A DNA stretch of 64,000 nt. Origin: a virus. The position numbers and the translations under genes are program-made. Location of the stretch: IMG/VR virus record IMGVR_UViG_3300025133_009407, positions 3,232-67,231 of that record. The stretch is one strand, 5' to 3'. The notes beneath the pieces are model-generated. The model made no database searches and was not told the origin of the DNA. It saw only the letters and a program-made list of their open reading frames with translations. Numbering within the stretch: position 1 is the first letter of the stretch; each line of letters begins with the position of its first letter. This document shows, in pieces, positions 1 through 10,424 of the stretch.

Positions 1-10
1 ATCACAGGTT

Positions 11-1072
11 TTGGTAACGGCAGAAACTCAAAAACGCTTGGCTGTTATAATTCCGTATGGCATTTACGGTGGCGGAGAAATTTATCTAAGAAATTTATTC
101 TCTAATTTAGAAAATCCGTTTATTACTGATTTTATTTATTTGGCAAAAAATCCATTGCAATATAGAGTTACAAACCCTAAAATTAACCACCTTCTCGCGA
201 AGAATATATCTCAACTAGAAGCTGTCTTATCTACAAATAATTACGATATAATTGTTTATTACAACAGCAAGAGAGTATACGAATCTTTATCTAATTTGAA
301 AATAAGATCTGAAATTATAGAGATTTATCATAGCAATTTTATTTGGTCAGATGCAGTTGCCAGTCTAAGTAGTCGCAACGGAGTTAACAGGATTTTTAGG
401 ATCTCAGATAGCTTGTGCCATAATATCTCTGGAGTTGATGATATTTGCACAGTTCCAGTCGGAATAGACCCCAGCCTGTTTCAAAGAAAAAACTCAAGAA
501 AGAATCATGACAAAAGAATATGCTTCGGGTTAGTCGCTAGACTATCTCCTGAAAAAAATATTAAATATGCAATCGATTTAATTGCATCAAATTCAGATAT
601 GAAGCTATCCATTATTGGTGACGGACCATTGAGATCCGCTCTTTCTTCATATATTAGAGAAAACAGTATCAAAAATGTTGAGCTAGTTGGGTATGTAGAA
701 AAGCCTGAAGAATATTATAATGAGTTTGACGCATTTATCTTGACTTCAAAGATAGAGGGGACGCCGATATCAATATTGGAAGCCATGTCTTTCGGGCTTC
801 CAATATTCTCAACAGATGTTGGAGAAATAAGATCAAACTTCGGACATTTAGATAATTTTCATTTTCTAACTGGGAATCTAAATGATGACACATCTATTTT
901 GATTAAGAATTCTGATAAAAAATGTTTATTTAATAATCTAAGGGAATATATTATAGAAAATCATAATATACGGTCAAATTCAAATTTGTTCTTTAATTTA
1001 CTATTAAAGAATATGCTATTTACGGTTCTGGCCGATCCTGAAAAAACGACTCTTTCTGGAAGGTTTTATTGA
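11..1072 (+). CDS. GT4 (GT-B) glycosyltransferase, probably 5'-truncated by the window edge
   Basis: Motifs YGGGE, ARLSPEKN and EGTPISILEAM (ExxxxxxxE). The frame is open back to position 2. Confidence 0.85.
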   Translation: MVTAETQKRLAVIIPYGIYGGGEIYLRNLFSNLENPFITDFIYLAKNPLQYRVTNPKINHLLAKNISQLEAVLSTNNYDIIVYYNSKRVYESLSNLKIRSEIIEIYHSNFIWSDAVASLSSRNGVNRIFRISDSLCHNISGVDDICTVPVGIDPSLFQRKNSRKNHDKRICFGLVARLSPEKNIKYAIDLIASNSDMKLSIIGDGPLRSALSSYIRENSIKNVELVGYVEKPEEYYNEFDAFILTSKIEGTPISILEAMSFGLPIFSTDVGEIRSNFGHLDNFHFLTGNLNDDTSILIKNSDKKCLFNNLREYIIENHNIRSNSNLFFNLLLKNMLFTVLADPEKTTLSGRFY

Positions 1073-2199
1073 TGGTTAATAAACTTCCTGCAATTAGACT
1101 TTTTGGAAATCCACAACTGTATACTGGGTATGGAAATGCCACCTATAATCTAAGTATGGCCCTATCTGAATCTTCTGTTGATACAAGGTTTGAGCTTTGG
1201 GGTCCAAACTCATCTTGCAAAAGTGAGTTCAATGATTTCAGCGGAAAGCCTAAGATCGATTTATACATTCAAACTCCGCCTTTTTCTAGGCATAGATCAA
1301 ATAATTATAAAATAGGATATTTCTATTGGGAGGCAGATACGCTCCCTCGGGCCTGGGCCAAAGATATTCGATCCAGTATTGACGAAATTTGGGTTCCGTG
1401 CAAGCTGACGGCTAATGCATGCAGAAAGGCCGGGTTTAATGGCCCAATAGAAATCCTTCCAACGCCGGGGAGGATAGTTGGTGGCTATGAAGAGGTTCAG
1501 TTCCCAAGCGAAGCATCTTCAGAGTTCGTCCTATCTGACACTATTTTTAAGTTTTACTCTATTTTTCAATGGAACAAAAGAAAGGGCTATGATCAGCTTC
1601 TTCGAGGATATTTTAAAGAATTTTCTTCGAAAGATAATGTCATTTTGATTTTAAAAGTCAACCCCATAAAGCACAGTGGTCATGGTCTCTCAAGGATAAA
1701 GACAGATATAATTAGAGCCAAAAATTCTATTAAGAGAAAGCCGGATGATTTTCCAAAAATATTTGTCTGTACCGACAACCTTTCAAGGGCCGCTATCAAT
1801 GGGCTTCACAAGGCCTGTGACGCCTTTGTGCTGCCCCATAGAGGTGAGGGGTGGGGCATGCCGATACATGACGCCATAATGCACGGAAACCATGTCGTTG
1901 TCACAAGGTTTGGTGGAATCACAGAGTACTTAGATGATGAAAATTCTTTTATCATAAATCATGATATCCGACCTGTAAAAAGAATGGATTGGAATCCCTG
2001 GTATGGTACTTATCAGAATTGGGCTCATCCAAGAACTTTTTCTTTAAGAAAGAATATGCGTGCTCTCTATGAGGGCAGAGGCAAATTCTCTAATAAACTA
2101 ATTAATTTAGAAAAATTAAATTCTAAATTTTCTATAAATGCATGTTCGTCAAATATAGAAGCATTGTTATCCAAGAACAGATTTTCGAGATTTAAATAA
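1069..2199 (+). CDS. GT-B glycosyltransferase (GT4-like)
   Basis: TGYG, WEADTLP, FQWNKRKG, PHRGEGWGMP. Confidence 0.85.
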   Translation: MMVNKLPAIRLFGNPQLYTGYGNATYNLSMALSESSVDTRFELWGPNSSCKSEFNDFSGKPKIDLYIQTPPFSRHRSNNYKIGYFYWEADTLPRAWAKDIRSSIDEIWVPCKLTANACRKAGFNGPIEILPTPGRIVGGYEEVQFPSEASSEFVLSDTIFKFYSIFQWNKRKGYDQLLRGYFKEFSSKDNVILILKVNPIKHSGHGLSRIKTDIIRAKNSIKRKPDDFPKIFVCTDNLSRAAINGLHKACDAFVLPHRGEGWGMPIHDAIMHGNHVVVTRFGGITEYLDDENSFIINHDIRPVKRMDWNPWYGTYQNWAHPRTFSLRKNMRALYEGRGKFSNKLINLEKLNSKFSINACSSNIEALLSKNRFSRFK

Positions 2200-3134
2200 T
2201 GAAAAATAATTATAGAATAGCAGACTGGCTGGTCCACGGCGGGCATCAGTATGAGTTTTTTAAGACTGGACATAGATTTTTTTGTTCGTCCCCAAAGGGT
2301 CCTGCTCCAAGCCCCGATAATCTTGGCCGGCCTCGAAATAGAAACGTCATCTACTTAAGTCAAGCAGCTCTCAATCAAAAGAGAGTTGATATAATTATGG
2401 TTAGAAGTGTTGTGAATAAAAATAGATACAAATCTATTAGACATAACACTCCCAATAAGAGACCAGCCGGTATAGCAGTAATTCAAACTCCACATCCCTT
2501 TCCTGTTCCTAGATGGGTAAAGTGTATGGTTTGGAATTCTGAATATTCAATGAAAAAGTACAAAAGCATGTATTCTGGGATAAAGCACTATTATATCCCT
2601 CATGGCTTTGATCCTGGCGAGTTTAAGAATTTAGATCTTCCAAGAAAGAAGATGATGTTAGCTGCAGTAAGCGTTTTTGAGAAAAGAGGACTAGATCTTG
2701 GCTTTAAAGATTGGAAGTGGACCTCAGATCAGCTTGGTGGATCAGCCCTGCTCGGCCATGGCAATGATGGCTTAGAGGAATCAATTGGTTCATTTCCTCT
2801 TAAGAGGTTGGTTAAAGAGTTTAATTCTCACTCTGTCTTCTTAAATACAACGATCAAGAGTGCTATGCCTCGAACTCGCGCAGAATCTATGATGTGTGGT
2901 ACCCCGCTGGTTAGTACTTCAAATTATGGTATAACAAAATACTTGAAACATAATAGAAATTGTATGATTGCTAATACAAAAGAAGATATGTTTAAATTTT
3001 GTAAGAAGATAATTGAATCCCCAGCAATGCAAGAAGATTTTGGTTCAGCCGCAAGAGAGACTGCTATAAAGTATTTTCATATTAAGAAATATTTATCTAG
3101 ATGGGAAGAGGTCTTTTATGAGGCTACGAGATGA
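2199..3134 (+). CDS. GT-B glycosyltransferase
   Basis: IPHGFD; MPRTRAESMMCGTPLVST; C-terminal AARETA..YF; translationally coupled to its neighbours. Confidence 0.7.
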   Translation: MKNNYRIADWLVHGGHQYEFFKTGHRFFCSSPKGPAPSPDNLGRPRNRNVIYLSQAALNQKRVDIIMVRSVVNKNRYKSIRHNTPNKRPAGIAVIQTPHPFPVPRWVKCMVWNSEYSMKKYKSMYSGIKHYYIPHGFDPGEFKNLDLPRKKMMLAAVSVFEKRGLDLGFKDWKWTSDQLGGSALLGHGNDGLEESIGSFPLKRLVKEFNSHSVFLNTTIKSAMPRTRAESMMCGTPLVSTSNYGITKYLKHNRNCMIANTKEDMFKFCKKIIESPAMQEDFGSAARETAIKYFHIKKYLSRWEEVFYEATR

Positions 3135-3817
3135 ATGATTCGATTATTATATGTATAGGAACAATTGACTCACCGACATTTAATAAATGCAAAAAAATAA
3201 TTGACAAACTTGCTTCTACAAACAAGAATGTAATAAAGGTTGCTGTCATTAGAAACAAAAGCCCTCAAGCTGCTTGGTTAAACGCCATGAGAACAGAGTC
3301 GGTTGGAGCGAAATGGTGCCTGCAAATAGACGAAGATATGTATCTGAAAGATAACGCAATTAAAGATCTTTTGAGATTTGCAAAAAAGAAAGAAAAAAGT
3401 GGAATTAAAATTCTAAATGCGTCCTCTCTTTTGTATGATATTTTTTTAAAAAGAAATGTTGGATCCTTAAAACTATGGAACGTTGAAGCTCTGCAGAAGT
3501 TGGAGTTCAGAGATATTCTTGGTGGTGATCGTGATTTTGCAAAAAGAGCTGGAAAATTAGGCTATACAAATGTAGAGACAAAAATGGTTCTTGGTTATCA
3601 CGACTCAGCCCCAACTGCAGATATTGCGTATTCAAAATATTTTGAATATATTCAAAAAATCCGAAAGTTTTCGGGAGATAAGACCGCGAAGGGATTTGTT
3701 ACCGTTTTGAAAAGAAAATGGGAAAAAGACAAAGACTACATCTCCAAAAAAGCATATAATGGTGCTTGCAATGGAATGAAAGTAGCAATAAGAGACAAGA
3801 CAAAATCGGCTAAATAA
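3131..3817 (+). CDS. GT-A (GT2-like) glycosyltransferase
   Basis: DxD-type motif QIDEDMYL; glycan-cluster context. Confidence 0.55.
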   Translation: MNDSIIICIGTIDSPTFNKCKKIIDKLASTNKNVIKVAVIRNKSPQAAWLNAMRTESVGAKWCLQIDEDMYLKDNAIKDLLRFAKKKEKSGIKILNASSLLYDIFLKRNVGSLKLWNVEALQKLEFRDILGGDRDFAKRAGKLGYTNVETKMVLGYHDSAPTADIAYSKYFEYIQKIRKFSGDKTAKGFVTVLKRKWEKDKDYISKKAYNGACNGMKVAIRDKTKSAK

Positions 3818-3818
3818 G

Positions 3819-4607
3819 ATGAGCAACAAAGATATGATATTTGTTTTTGGAACTGGACGATGTGGGACTGTTTCTCTAAGTAAATTTTTTCAAAAAAATA
3901 CAAACTTTACAGCTTTTCATGAAGGCCTTGGTATTGTAGACGGAAAGCCTGTAGATCTTGGGGTTATGACTGAGCTTAACAAGCATATCTACTATACCAA
4001 AAGAACTACGAAAGCATACCATAACTCGATTATTTGTTCTGGGAAAACCTTGAATATTATGAAGTCACTTTTTCATGATCGAGAACAAATATTTTCCAAA
4101 ATAAATGGACCAATTATCGACATCAATCCATATGAATATAGTTTCATAAATTATATTTATAAGTTATATCCTAGTGCAAAATTTGTACATATAGTACGAT
4201 CAGGCAGAGAGGTTGTTACCTCATATTTGGGTAGGCGGTTTACTTACCCAAATAATATTTCTGAAAATAAGTATTCTGGCTTTGCAGCAGGAAAGCCTAG
4301 GCCGTTAAGTGATGATCCCTGGTTTTCAAAGTGGGACGCTCTCAGCCGTCTCGACAAAACTTGTTGGTTCTGGAACTATGTAAATAAAGATATAAAGAAA
4401 AGACTTAGTTTTCTTCCTAAAGAAAATGTTTTAAATATTAAATTTGAAGATTTAATCCATAAGCCTATTTGTGATATTTTTTCAGGACTAAACGTAGATA
4501 TTCTCTCAAAAAATGGTATTGAAACGCACAATGTAGGTAAATATAAAGACGTCGAAAAGATAGCCAATATTGATTTCCGACTTTCTAAAATACAATATAA
4601 ATACTAA
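3819..4607 (+). CDS. Sulfotransferase family protein
   Basis: 5'-PSB-like GTGRCGT; 3'-PB-like FVHIVRSGREVVTS; KFEDL. Confidence 0.75.
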   Translation: MSNKDMIFVFGTGRCGTVSLSKFFQKNTNFTAFHEGLGIVDGKPVDLGVMTELNKHIYYTKRTTKAYHNSIICSGKTLNIMKSLFHDREQIFSKINGPIIDINPYEYSFINYIYKLYPSAKFVHIVRSGREVVTSYLGRRFTYPNNISENKYSGFAAGKPRPLSDDPWFSKWDALSRLDKTCWFWNYVNKDIKKRLSFLPKENVLNIKFEDLIHKPICDIFSGLNVDILSKNGIETHNVGKYKDVEKIANIDFRLSKIQYKY

Positions 4608-4636
4608 TTTTTTTATGATTAATATGGAGTTATAAG

Positions 4637-5587
4637 ATGTTAAAAACAATAACAGTTACCGGATGCCTTGGATTTATTGGCTCTCACTTTGTAGATTTAT
4701 GTTTAGAAAATGACTGGAAGGTTATTGGGATAGATAATCTAACATATGCTGCGAATTGCGATCTGATCGAAACCTATTCTAAGCATGATAATTTTTTATT
4801 TATCAAAGAAGATATAGCAAAGCTGACAAGCCTGCACGATACTGATTTTATTGTTAATTTTGCAGCAGAATCGCACGTTGAAAACAGTATTATTAATTCT
4901 GCTCCATTCTTAAATACAAATATATTTGGTGTTCAAAACTTACTGTCATTAATATCTAATAAGTCAAAAAATTCTGCCCATTGGCCGAAATTTATACACA
5001 TCAGCACTGACGAGGTGTATGGAGATATTGCTGACGGAGAGCACCATGAGGAAAGCCGATTAATTCCAAGTAATCCATATGCTGCGTCTAAAGCTTCAGC
5101 AGATATGTTGATATTTTCATGGGCAAGAACTTTTGGAGTTAAATATCGAATAATAAGGCCAACCAATAATTATGGAAATAGACAATATCATGAGAAACTA
5201 ATTCCGTTATGTGTTAGGAATCTGAAAAGAGGAAGAGTCATAAACCTTCACAATAAGGGTACTCCTGTTAGGAATTGGCTTCACGTTAAAGATACAGTAA
5301 AAGGTGTCATGCGAGTAATAGAGCATGGGAATGATAACGAGGTTTATAATATAGCAGGCGGATTTGAGCAAAAAAATATAGATACCGTTAAGAAGATAAT
5401 AGCTTGCTATGATGATTCTTTAGTTTTCGAAGATTGTGTATCTTTCTCTCATAATCGGGCTGGGCAGGATGTTCGTTATGCTCTTAATGATTCTAAACTA
5501 AGATCTTTAGGCTGGACTCCTGAGTTGACATTCGATGAGGAAATAGAAAATGTTGTCAATCACTTTAAGTATAATTTTAAGTGGTAA
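4637..5587 (+). CDS. rmlB: dTDP-glucose 4,6-dehydratase
   Basis: GCLGFIG, NFAAESHV, HISTDEVYG, PYAASK, NNYG..Q..EKLIP, GQDVRYA. Confidence 0.93.
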   Translation: MLKTITVTGCLGFIGSHFVDLCLENDWKVIGIDNLTYAANCDLIETYSKHDNFLFIKEDIAKLTSLHDTDFIVNFAAESHVENSIINSAPFLNTNIFGVQNLLSLISNKSKNSAHWPKFIHISTDEVYGDIADGEHHEESRLIPSNPYAASKASADMLIFSWARTFGVKYRIIRPTNNYGNRQYHEKLIPLCVRNLKRGRVINLHNKGTPVRNWLHVKDTVKGVMRVIEHGNDNEVYNIAGGFEQKNIDTVKKIIACYDDSLVFEDCVSFSHNRAGQDVRYALNDSKLRSLGWTPELTFDEEIENVVNHFKYNFKW

Positions 5588-5590
5588 AAA

Positions 5591-6289
5591 ATGTCTATAG
5601 CAATCATGCAGCCTTATATATTTCCATATATAGGATACTTTAATCTAATACATTCTGTAGATAAATTTGTATTCTATGATGATGTAAACTTTATAAAAAA
5701 GGGCTGGATTCATAGGAATAAAATATTATCTAGCGATAAAGAGCTTAAGTTTACGATTCCTATACGCAAAATGAGCCAAAATAAGCTTATTAATGAAAGT
5801 TTTATCTCTGAAGCAGATGATTGGAGAAAAAAACTTCTTAAACAAATAACTTACGAATATCATAATGCTCCAAATTTTGAAGAAATCTTTTCGCTTGTAG
5901 AAAAGATTATAACAAAAGATAAGACATCTATTTCTGAATTGGCCGCTTATTCTATCATTGAAATATGCGACTTTCTTAATATTAAGAGGATTTTCCTAAA
6001 GAGCAGCGACCTTGATGTCTCGACAGCTTTAGGTAGAGCCGAGCGGCTTATCGCCATTACAAAAAGCGAAGACTGTGATACTTACCATAACTCAATCGGA
6101 GGGCAGAAATTGTACAGCAAAGGGCTCTTTGGTGAGTTTAATGTTAACTTGAAGTTTGTCGATCCAGTGATTGCAGAGTATAAGCAATTTAAGGACCCAT
6201 TTATCTCTAGATTATCAATAATTGATATTTTAATGTTTAATACAAAAGAAGAGACGCTTGAGCTTATTGGGAGTTATAATTTAATATGA
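5591..6289 (+). CDS. WbqC family protein
   Basis: AIMQPYIFPYIGYF..I...DKFVFYDDV...WIHRN; LSIIDILM. Confidence 0.92.
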   Translation: MSIAIMQPYIFPYIGYFNLIHSVDKFVFYDDVNFIKKGWIHRNKILSSDKELKFTIPIRKMSQNKLINESFISEADDWRKKLLKQITYEYHNAPNFEEIFSLVEKIITKDKTSISELAAYSIIEICDFLNIKRIFLKSSDLDVSTALGRAERLIAITKSEDCDTYHNSIGGQKLYSKGLFGEFNVNLKFVDPVIAEYKQFKDPFISRLSIIDILMFNTKEETLELIGSYNLI

Positions 6290-6936
6290 GTGAATTAAAT
6301 AATTCAGAAGTAGATTATCATAGTATCTTCAAACACTATGAGGCATGTCTTGACAAGCACGGAAATACTGCACTCGGTGTTGATTGGCCAAACATTGAGG
6401 ATCTGAAAACTAGATTTGATGTTATGCTCGATGTCAAGCGAGGAAGTTACCCGGCCAAAGTCCTTGATTTCGGATGCGGGATTGGACTCTTATATGATCA
6501 CATAATTGAGTCTAAACAAAAGGGCGTGAGCTATATTGGTCTAGATATAAGCCCTAAGTTTATAGAGGCATCTAAATGTCGGCATCCAGACACACAATTC
6601 TATTGTGTAGATATACTGAAAGATACATTTTCTGAAGAATTTGATTATGCCATTTGCAATGGCACATTTACTGAGAAGCTAAATTTATCATTTGATGATA
6701 TGTTTGATTTCTTTTCGTCCGCCATAACTAAATTATTTGAAAAAGCTAAAGTCGGAATAGCGTTCAATGTAATGTCCTCTCACGTTGACTATGAGAGAGA
6801 TGATCTTTTTCACCTGCCACATGACACTCTGGCCGACTTTATCATAACAAATTTATCAAGAAATTACATTATCAGAAATGATTATGGATTATACGAATAT
6901 ACTGCGTATGTTTACAAGGAAAGTTATGGTAGATGA
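6286..6936 (+). CDS. Class I SAM-dependent methyltransferase
   Basis: VLDFGCGIG, YIGLDISP, FDYAICNG. Confidence 0.9.
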   Translation: MSELNNSEVDYHSIFKHYEACLDKHGNTALGVDWPNIEDLKTRFDVMLDVKRGSYPAKVLDFGCGIGLLYDHIIESKQKGVSYIGLDISPKFIEASKCRHPDTQFYCVDILKDTFSEEFDYAICNGTFTEKLNLSFDDMFDFFSSAITKLFEKAKVGIAFNVMSSHVDYERDDLFHLPHDTLADFIITNLSRNYIIRNDYGLYEYTAYVYKESYGR

Positions 6937-7576
6937 TGGAAAAATATTCTGCATAGGATCCTCAAAGACTGGAACCTCTTCTATGGGTCATAGCTTAGGC
7001 GCTTTGGGGCTTAATCATTTGCGTGGAGGCTGGAGGGTTGCTAACAGGCTGGTACCATTAATTGTTGACGAGAAATGGGATGAATTTTATTCAAAAATAG
7101 ATGAATATGATTCGTTTGATGATATTCCTTTTTCACACGGAAATCTGTATAAATTATTTAGTGAAAAATATGAGAATTCTAGATTTATTTTAACAGAAAG
7201 GCCAACTGATATATGGCTACGTTCTATAGAGCGTCAACTGACAAATATAACAGAGCCTCAAACTCCATTGGAAAAATGCGAACATTTTCATTGGACAGGG
7301 CTTTATTGGCATATTTTAGAGCAGTATGGGGATATTAGATTTCCTGAAGATGCAGAACATATGATGGAAGTATATGAAGAAAGAAACAATTCTATTAAAG
7401 AATTTTTTGAATCAAGTGATAGACTTTTAGTTCTAGATATAGCAGAGGAAAATAATGAATTAAATGCAAAAAAATTAACAAAGTTTGTAGATACTGGTAT
7501 CACGCTTAAAAGTCTTCACCACGTTAATAAATATAGAGATAGGGAACAGGCTAGAAAAAAGGATAAAAATGAATAA
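6926..7576 (+). CDS. Sulfotransferase family protein
   Basis: IFCIGSSKTGTSS, DIP, FILTER..DIWLRS. Start placed at ATG 6926, overlapping the upstream gene. Confidence 0.75.
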   Translation: MVDDGKIFCIGSSKTGTSSMGHSLGALGLNHLRGGWRVANRLVPLIVDEKWDEFYSKIDEYDSFDDIPFSHGNLYKLFSEKYENSRFILTERPTDIWLRSIERQLTNITEPQTPLEKCEHFHWTGLYWHILEQYGDIRFPEDAEHMMEVYEERNNSIKEFFESSDRLLVLDIAEENNELNAKKLTKFVDTGITLKSLHHVNKYRDREQARKKDKNE

Positions 7577-8234
7577 AATTATTATTTTTGGAAATAAGGA
7601 TTTAGCGCAATTGGCAAAATTCTATATTGATACAGATCCAGGCTATACTGATTATGAAGTTGTAGCGTTTACTGTAGATAGAGAATATATGAGCGAGGAT
7701 TCTTTTCAGGGGCTTCCGATTGTCCCGTTTGACGAGATAAAAGAAGCATATAGTCCGGATGAATATTTGCTATTCGCTCCGATGACAGGCGCCAAAGCCA
7801 GCAAGGTTCGAGAGGATGTCTTTTCTAGGGGGAAAGAGATGGGGTATTCGTTCTTCTCATTCTTAAGTTCTTTTGCAACTATTCTAACGAAAGATATTGG
7901 CGACAACTGCTTTATATTAGAAGATAATACTATTCAGCCATTTGTTTCTGTCGGTGATAATGTTGTTATGTGGAGCGGAAATCACATCGGTCATCACAGT
8001 GTAATCGAAGATAGTGTATTTTTCACATCACATGTGGTTTTGTCGGGGCATTGTGTTGTTAAGAAGTATTCCTGGCTCGGTGTTAATTCGACAATCCGTG
8101 ATGGAATAACTCTGGCCACAGGAACTCTTGTGGCCATGGCAGCGTGCATAACAAAGCCAACAGAGGAGTGGGGTATCTATATGGGTGCGCCGGCCAGTAG
8201 AAAGGGCGAGAAGCGAAGTGACGAGGTACTATAA
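7569..8234 (+). CDS. Sugar acyltransferase with hexapeptide repeats (NeuD/PglD-like)
   Basis: N-terminal Rossmann-like IIIFG; left-handed beta-helix repeats IGDNCF, VGDNVV, IGHHSVIED; GAPA. Confidence 0.88.
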   Translation: MNKIIIFGNKDLAQLAKFYIDTDPGYTDYEVVAFTVDREYMSEDSFQGLPIVPFDEIKEAYSPDEYLLFAPMTGAKASKVREDVFSRGKEMGYSFFSFLSSFATILTKDIGDNCFILEDNTIQPFVSVGDNVVMWSGNHIGHHSVIEDSVFFTSHVVLSGHCVVKKYSWLGVNSTIRDGITLATGTLVAMAACITKPTEEWGIYMGAPASRKGEKRSDEVL

Positions 8235-8235
8235 G

Positions 8236-8868
8236 ATGTCTGCACACGATAAGGAGTATATCTTTAATATAGGATGGAACAGAACCGGGACAAGAACTCT
8301 AAACGATTGCCTAAAGGCTTTGGGAATAAAGGGGTCACACTGGAATCCGACAAAGCATTTGTGCGCGGAGTGGGCTTGGAAAAACTGGAATGAATTTGAA
8401 GAATTTGTTATAACTCATAATTATGAATCATATGCTGATGCTCCGTGGTGCTTTCCGGAGCTGTATAAGCATCTAGATAAATTCTTTCCAAATGCGAAGT
8501 TCATTCTGACCATTAGAGAAGAGGATAAGTGGATAAACTCTTATAAGAATCTGTATGAGAATCATCATAAGGGTCATGAAAAGCTTAAGGAAATTCCAAT
8601 GATTGCTAATAAGGAAGAATATGGCTGGGTACATCCTCTTATTTTTGGTGGTAAGAAAATTATAACTGGAAACGAAGAAGTTTATAGAAAAATATACTCT
8701 ACTCATAATAATCAGGTTAAAAATTATTTTAAAGGAAGAGAAGGTAAGTTGTTCATTATAGATTTTGAAAAGAACAATGCATCTTGGGGCAGAATATGTA
8801 AATTTTTAAATAAGCCAATTCCAAAGACTCCATTTCCATGGAGAAAGGATACAAGGAAAACCTATTAA
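8236..8868 (+). CDS. Sulfotransferase family protein
   Basis: IFNIGWNRTGT, DAPW, FPNAKFILTIR..KWINS, WGRICKFL..PIP..PFP. Start placed at ATG 8236. Confidence 0.78.
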   Translation: MSAHDKEYIFNIGWNRTGTRTLNDCLKALGIKGSHWNPTKHLCAEWAWKNWNEFEEFVITHNYESYADAPWCFPELYKHLDKFFPNAKFILTIREEDKWINSYKNLYENHHKGHEKLKEIPMIANKEEYGWVHPLIFGGKKIITGNEEVYRKIYSTHNNQVKNYFKGREGKLFIIDFEKNNASWGRICKFLNKPIPKTPFPWRKDTRKTY

Positions 8869-9484
8869 ACGCAAACTACATCTTGGATCTGGTAAAACAT
8901 TATATGCCGGATGGAATAACTTAGATAGAAATCTTGATAATTCTTTCGATAGAACTTCAAATATTCGCTGTAGCAAGTGGGAAGCCCCGGAGCTGCCGAT
9001 GGAGAATAATTCTGTTAACTTTATCTTTAATGAACATTTTATTGAACATTTAAGCGAAGCAGACGGTTTTATTCTTCTTCGTGAATCATATCGAGTTTTG
9101 AGAAAGAACGGAGTGCTAAGAGTCTGCACCCCATCTTTGGATAAATATGTTGAATATTTTTTAAAAGAAACGAAGACAGATGTTACTAGTGGGTTCCGAA
9201 ACGGAACTCAATTCCTGAATTATGCAATTTACGGAGAAGGATGGACGCCTGGAGTTAGAGTTGAGTACTTGAAGGAATTATCCAACAAGAAGGTTGGGAC
9301 ATTTTTATCCCCAGGCGTTGATCATCGTTACATCTACAGTTTAAATGATATAATAGAGAAATTAAAGTTTATTGGTTTTAAAAATATAATTAGCGTAGAG
9401 TGGGGCGATAGCAAACACAAAGACCTTTGCAACTTAGAACACCACAAGAATCGCATGGAACTCATTATAGAAGCAACAAAGTAA
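8864..9484 (+). CDS. SAM-dependent methyltransferase (start uncertain; first ATG at 8999)
   Basis: EHFIEHL and YRVLRKNGVLRVCTP. The SAM-binding motif KLHLGSG..AGWNNLD is in frame upstream of ATG 8999. Confidence 0.75.
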   Translation: MKRKLHLGSGKTLYAGWNNLDRNLDNSFDRTSNIRCSKWEAPELPMENNSVNFIFNEHFIEHLSEADGFILLRESYRVLRKNGVLRVCTPSLDKYVEYFLKETKTDVTSGFRNGTQFLNYAIYGEGWTPGVRVEYLKELSNKKVGTFLSPGVDHRYIYSLNDIIEKLKFIGFKNIISVEWGDSKHKDLCNLEHHKNRMELIIEATK

Positions 9485-9488
9485 TATT

Positions 9489-10424
9489 ATGTGGAATAAA
9501 ATTGGAGCCATCTTCAAAGATGCAACAAAAACTCAAACTCCAATTCCATTTAAGGTAAATCCAAACGATACTATTTTTCGAATTTATTATAGCTACAGAA
9601 ACGATAATAATAAAAGTGAAATTAAGTTTTTTGAAATTGACATAGAAAGTCCGAAAAATACTCTATCTAAGTCAAAAGCTCCCATTTTGTCGCCCGGTAA
9701 GCCAGGAGCTTTTGACGAGGCTGGTGCAATGCCATCCTGTATAATGAGATCACCTTCTAATCCGAAAGAAATATGGATGTACTATACCGGTTGGTCGCAA
9801 AGGTTGGATGTTCCTTATCATAATTCTATTGGGCTGGCAATAAGTCGCGATGGCGGAACCACCTTCAAGAGGGCATTTTATGGCCCAATAATTTCATCAT
9901 CTATAACTGACCCATATTTTGTCGGTACGCCAAATATTCTTTTGGATAATAACCTATTCAAGTGTTGGTACTATTCTAGTACTGGTTGGGAAAGGCACAA
10001 TAAAAGAATGGAGCCAAGATACCATATAAAATATGCAGAGTCATATGACGGAATTGCTTGGAATAAGCAAAATAATATTTGTATCGATTATAAGTCCGAA
10101 AACGAAGGAGGAATATGCTCTCCTAGCGTAGTCTTGTTAAACAAAGTGTACAGAATGTGGTTTTGTTATAGGAATAAATTTGATTATAAAGATAATACTG
10201 ATAACTCTTATAAGATTGGATACGCTGAATCATATGATGGATTAAATTGGAAGAGACTTGACGATAAGTCTGGGATAAATCTCAGCGAAGAGGGCTGGGA
10301 TAGTCAGATGTTATGTTATCCTAGTGTTACCTTTTTTGATGAAAAATTATATATGTTTTATAACGGAAATAACTTCGGAGAGAGTGGAATAGGGGTCGCA
10401 ACAATGAGGTTTGATTATGAGTAA
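9489..10424 (+). CDS. Five-bladed beta-propeller glycosidase-like protein
   Basis: Repeated blades: WMYYTGW..IGLAISRDGG, IKYAESYDGIAW, IGYAESYDGLNW, YMFYNGN..IGVA. Confidence 0.8.
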   Translation: MWNKIGAIFKDATKTQTPIPFKVNPNDTIFRIYYSYRNDNNKSEIKFFEIDIESPKNTLSKSKAPILSPGKPGAFDEAGAMPSCIMRSPSNPKEIWMYYTGWSQRLDVPYHNSIGLAISRDGGTTFKRAFYGPIISSSITDPYFVGTPNILLDNNLFKCWYYSSTGWERHNKRMEPRYHIKYAESYDGIAWNKQNNICIDYKSENEGGICSPSVVLLNKVYRMWFCYRNKFDYKDNTDNSYKIGYAESYDGLNWKRLDDKSGINLSEEGWDSQMLCYPSVTFFDEKLYMFYNGNNFGESGIGVATMRFDYE

